From Promethearchaeota archaeon (GTDB taxonomy: Archaea; Asgardarchaeota; Lokiarchaeia; Sigyniarchaeales; SOKP01): a stretch of 64,000 nucleotides of DNA. The stretch covers positions 1-64,000 of the forward strand of contig JAHPZJ010000030.1 in NCBI GenBank assembly GCA_019058245.1, read 5' to 3'. Under the pieces are notes generated by a model, which worked only from the letters and a program-made list of their open reading frames with translations, had not been told where the DNA came from and made no database searches. Shown piece after piece: positions 62,496 to 64,000 of the stretch (position 1 is its first letter; every line of letters starts with the position of its first letter). The translations under genes were made by a program, and so were the position numbers.

Positions 62496-63665
62496 TTGAT
62501 ATTATCAAAGAAATCTGTAATCTTCATTCTGGGAACCGTTTTCTTCATCTATGTTGCTATAATGTTGTTGTACACTTATTTACCTAAATATTTATTATTT
62601 TTAGGGATAGAATCACCAATTATTACTTTAACAATGACTTTTGCAATGTCTACCTTCTTCATTTTTCCACCATTATTAGGAAAGTATTCAGATAAACTCC
62701 AAAACAGAATATATTTTATTATGTTAAGTCCTTTAGGAACGTTCACTACTTTAATTCTACTTCTTTTTACTAAAAATATTATAGTCCTAAATATATTAAT
62801 TTTCATTTTTGGCTTTTTTATTTCATTTGGAACTATTTGTTTTACTCTTTTTATTGAATTAGTTCAAAATGACAAAAAGTGGATTTCTTATTATAACTCA
62901 ATCTGTTCAATTGGCAATTTTACGGGTATCATAATAGGTGGTATATTTATAGACTTTTTTAACATTGAGAAATTGTTCCTCTTTACATTAATCATGTTCT
63001 TGCCAAGTATTATTTTTAATATATTTATCAGAGAAAATCGACAATTAATACTAGAAAATAATGTTGAAATATCAGAGAATACTCATAAAGTAGGAGTGAT
63101 AAATAAACTTAAAGAAGAACATATCTCGAAATCAATATACCTGAGTCTTTTTTTTAGGAATTATGCTATTATACCAATCTTAAACATTCTTGTAATTATA
63201 ATAGGGTTCTACTTAGAAATTAATACTCAAATTGCATTACTCTTGGGTATTAACCCTTTATTACAGTTTTTCTTAATGCCATTCATAGGAAAGAAATTAA
63301 AACAAAAAAATATTAAAGGTGTTTTGATTTTAGGATATTTTTTATCAGTTATTGTTATTATTGGGTATATTATAGCAGATGACTTTTGGAGCTTCTTAAT
63401 TTTTCAAGTTCTAATTTCTTTAAGTTATTCCCTATTTTGGATGGCAACAACTGTTTATATTGCTCAAAATTCGACTCCTATCAACAAAGGGCGTTATATG
63501 GGATATGCTACTGCTAGCATTTTTGCTGGCACAGCATTTGGAGGTGTATTTTTTAGTTTATTGTTAGCATTGTTTAATTCTAATTACTATATATCTATAT
63601 CATTTATGATTATTTTTCCAACAATTTCTACGTTAGTCATATTGTTTAATTTTAAAAATAATTAG
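62496..63665 (+). CDS. MFS transporter (tandem paralog 2)
   Basis: About 12 TM segments; GKYSDK; same length (389 aa) as paralog 1. Confidence 0.9.
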   Translation: MILSKKSVIFILGTVFFIYVAIMLLYTYLPKYLLFLGIESPIITLTMTFAMSTFFIFPPLLGKYSDKLQNRIYFIMLSPLGTFTTLILLLFTKNIIVLNILIFIFGFFISFGTICFTLFIELVQNDKKWISYYNSICSIGNFTGIIIGGIFIDFFNIEKLFLFTLIMFLPSIIFNIFIRENRQLILENNVEISENTHKVGVINKLKEEHISKSIYLSLFFRNYAIIPILNILVIIIGFYLEINTQIALLLGINPLLQFFLMPFIGKKLKQKNIKGVLILGYFLSVIVIIGYIIADDFWSFLIFQVLISLSYSLFWMATTVYIAQNSTPINKGRYMGYATASIFAGTAFGGVFFSLLLALFNSNYYISISFMIIFPTISTLVILFNFKNN

Positions 63666-63815
63666 TAATTTAAAGGAGAAATTTTAATTACTGGTTTAAA
63701 AAATGAGGTCATTGGTCATTATTTAAATTTTTTTAAAAAAGTAATTATTTTATACTGATTTTTTATAATTACTAAAAGCAAATATTAATTGAATTTGTTA
63801 GATAGGGAATATTAA

Positions 63816-64000
63816 TTGATCTTATCAAAAAAGTCTGTTATTTTAATTCTATTATCTGTTTTTATTGTAAATACAGCCTCAATTACCCTTATAACATATT
63901 TACCTAGATATTTAGAATATTTAAGTATAGAAAGACCATTAATACAACTGGTCATTACTATTTTTCCTTTAACTTCTTTTGTTTTTCCACCGATATATGG
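63816..64000 (+). CDS. MFS transporter (tandem paralog 3, partial at window edge)
   Basis: TTG start, MILSKKSVIL...YLPRYL...FPP, homologous to the two preceding genes. Confidence 0.85.
   Translation, partial: MILSKKSVILILLSVFIVNTASITLITYLPRYLEYLSIERPLIQLVITIFPLTSFVFPPIY

Noticed and set aside
379-62806. Short ORFs overlapping or antisense to clear genes (e.g. 379..699, 6855..7097, 17155..17418, 29064..29273, 33543..33788, 36731..37000, 45385..45657, 51457..51762, 52072..52419, 62576..62806)
   Set aside because: Shadow frames of well-supported genes, with no motifs of their own
1-64000. tRNA, rRNA, CRISPR arrays, transposases
   Set aside because: No GC-rich cloverleaf or rRNA-like stretch, no spaced repeats and no transposase/integrase motifs seen by eye; a tRNAscan/Infernal run would be needed to exclude small RNAs

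Overview
Very AT-rich archaeal chromosome segment, almost certainly from a Lokiarchaeia (Asgard) genome. Evidence: split RpoA1/RpoA2, archaeal r-proteins, an HMf-type histone, two Rab-like WDFGG GTPases, an ESCRT-III/Snf7 protein, roadblock/longin-like proteins and a Loki-CTERM-type tail. Housekeeping blocks: pyrB; rpoA1-rpoA2-rpl30e-nusA-(M28 peptidase)-rps12-rps7; pus10-rpl21e-rpo4-DUF655-ksgA-hemK2; nurA; rpl35ae; glycogen genes. Most notable items: (1) a tandem array of eight gap-free 184-aa paralogs that align by eye with H-NOX heme/gas-sensor domains and keep an invariant proximal-type His; two of its spacers are about 99% identical although the adjoining genes are only about 53% identical. 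(2) A hidden UxxU peroxiredoxin-like selenoprotein with a eukaryote-type 3' SECIS, missed by the ORF track. (3) An ArsR-HTH/ATP-cone/catalytically dead class III RNR fusion. (4) A 2.4-kb segment bracketed by ~275-bp inverted repeats inside a decaying accessory region. (5) A Zn-finger/PH-like/low-complexity/steadiness-box-like protein near a Snf7 gene. (6) ATA and CTG initiation, including in rpl21e. All family assignments come from motif recognition by eye; no searches were run.
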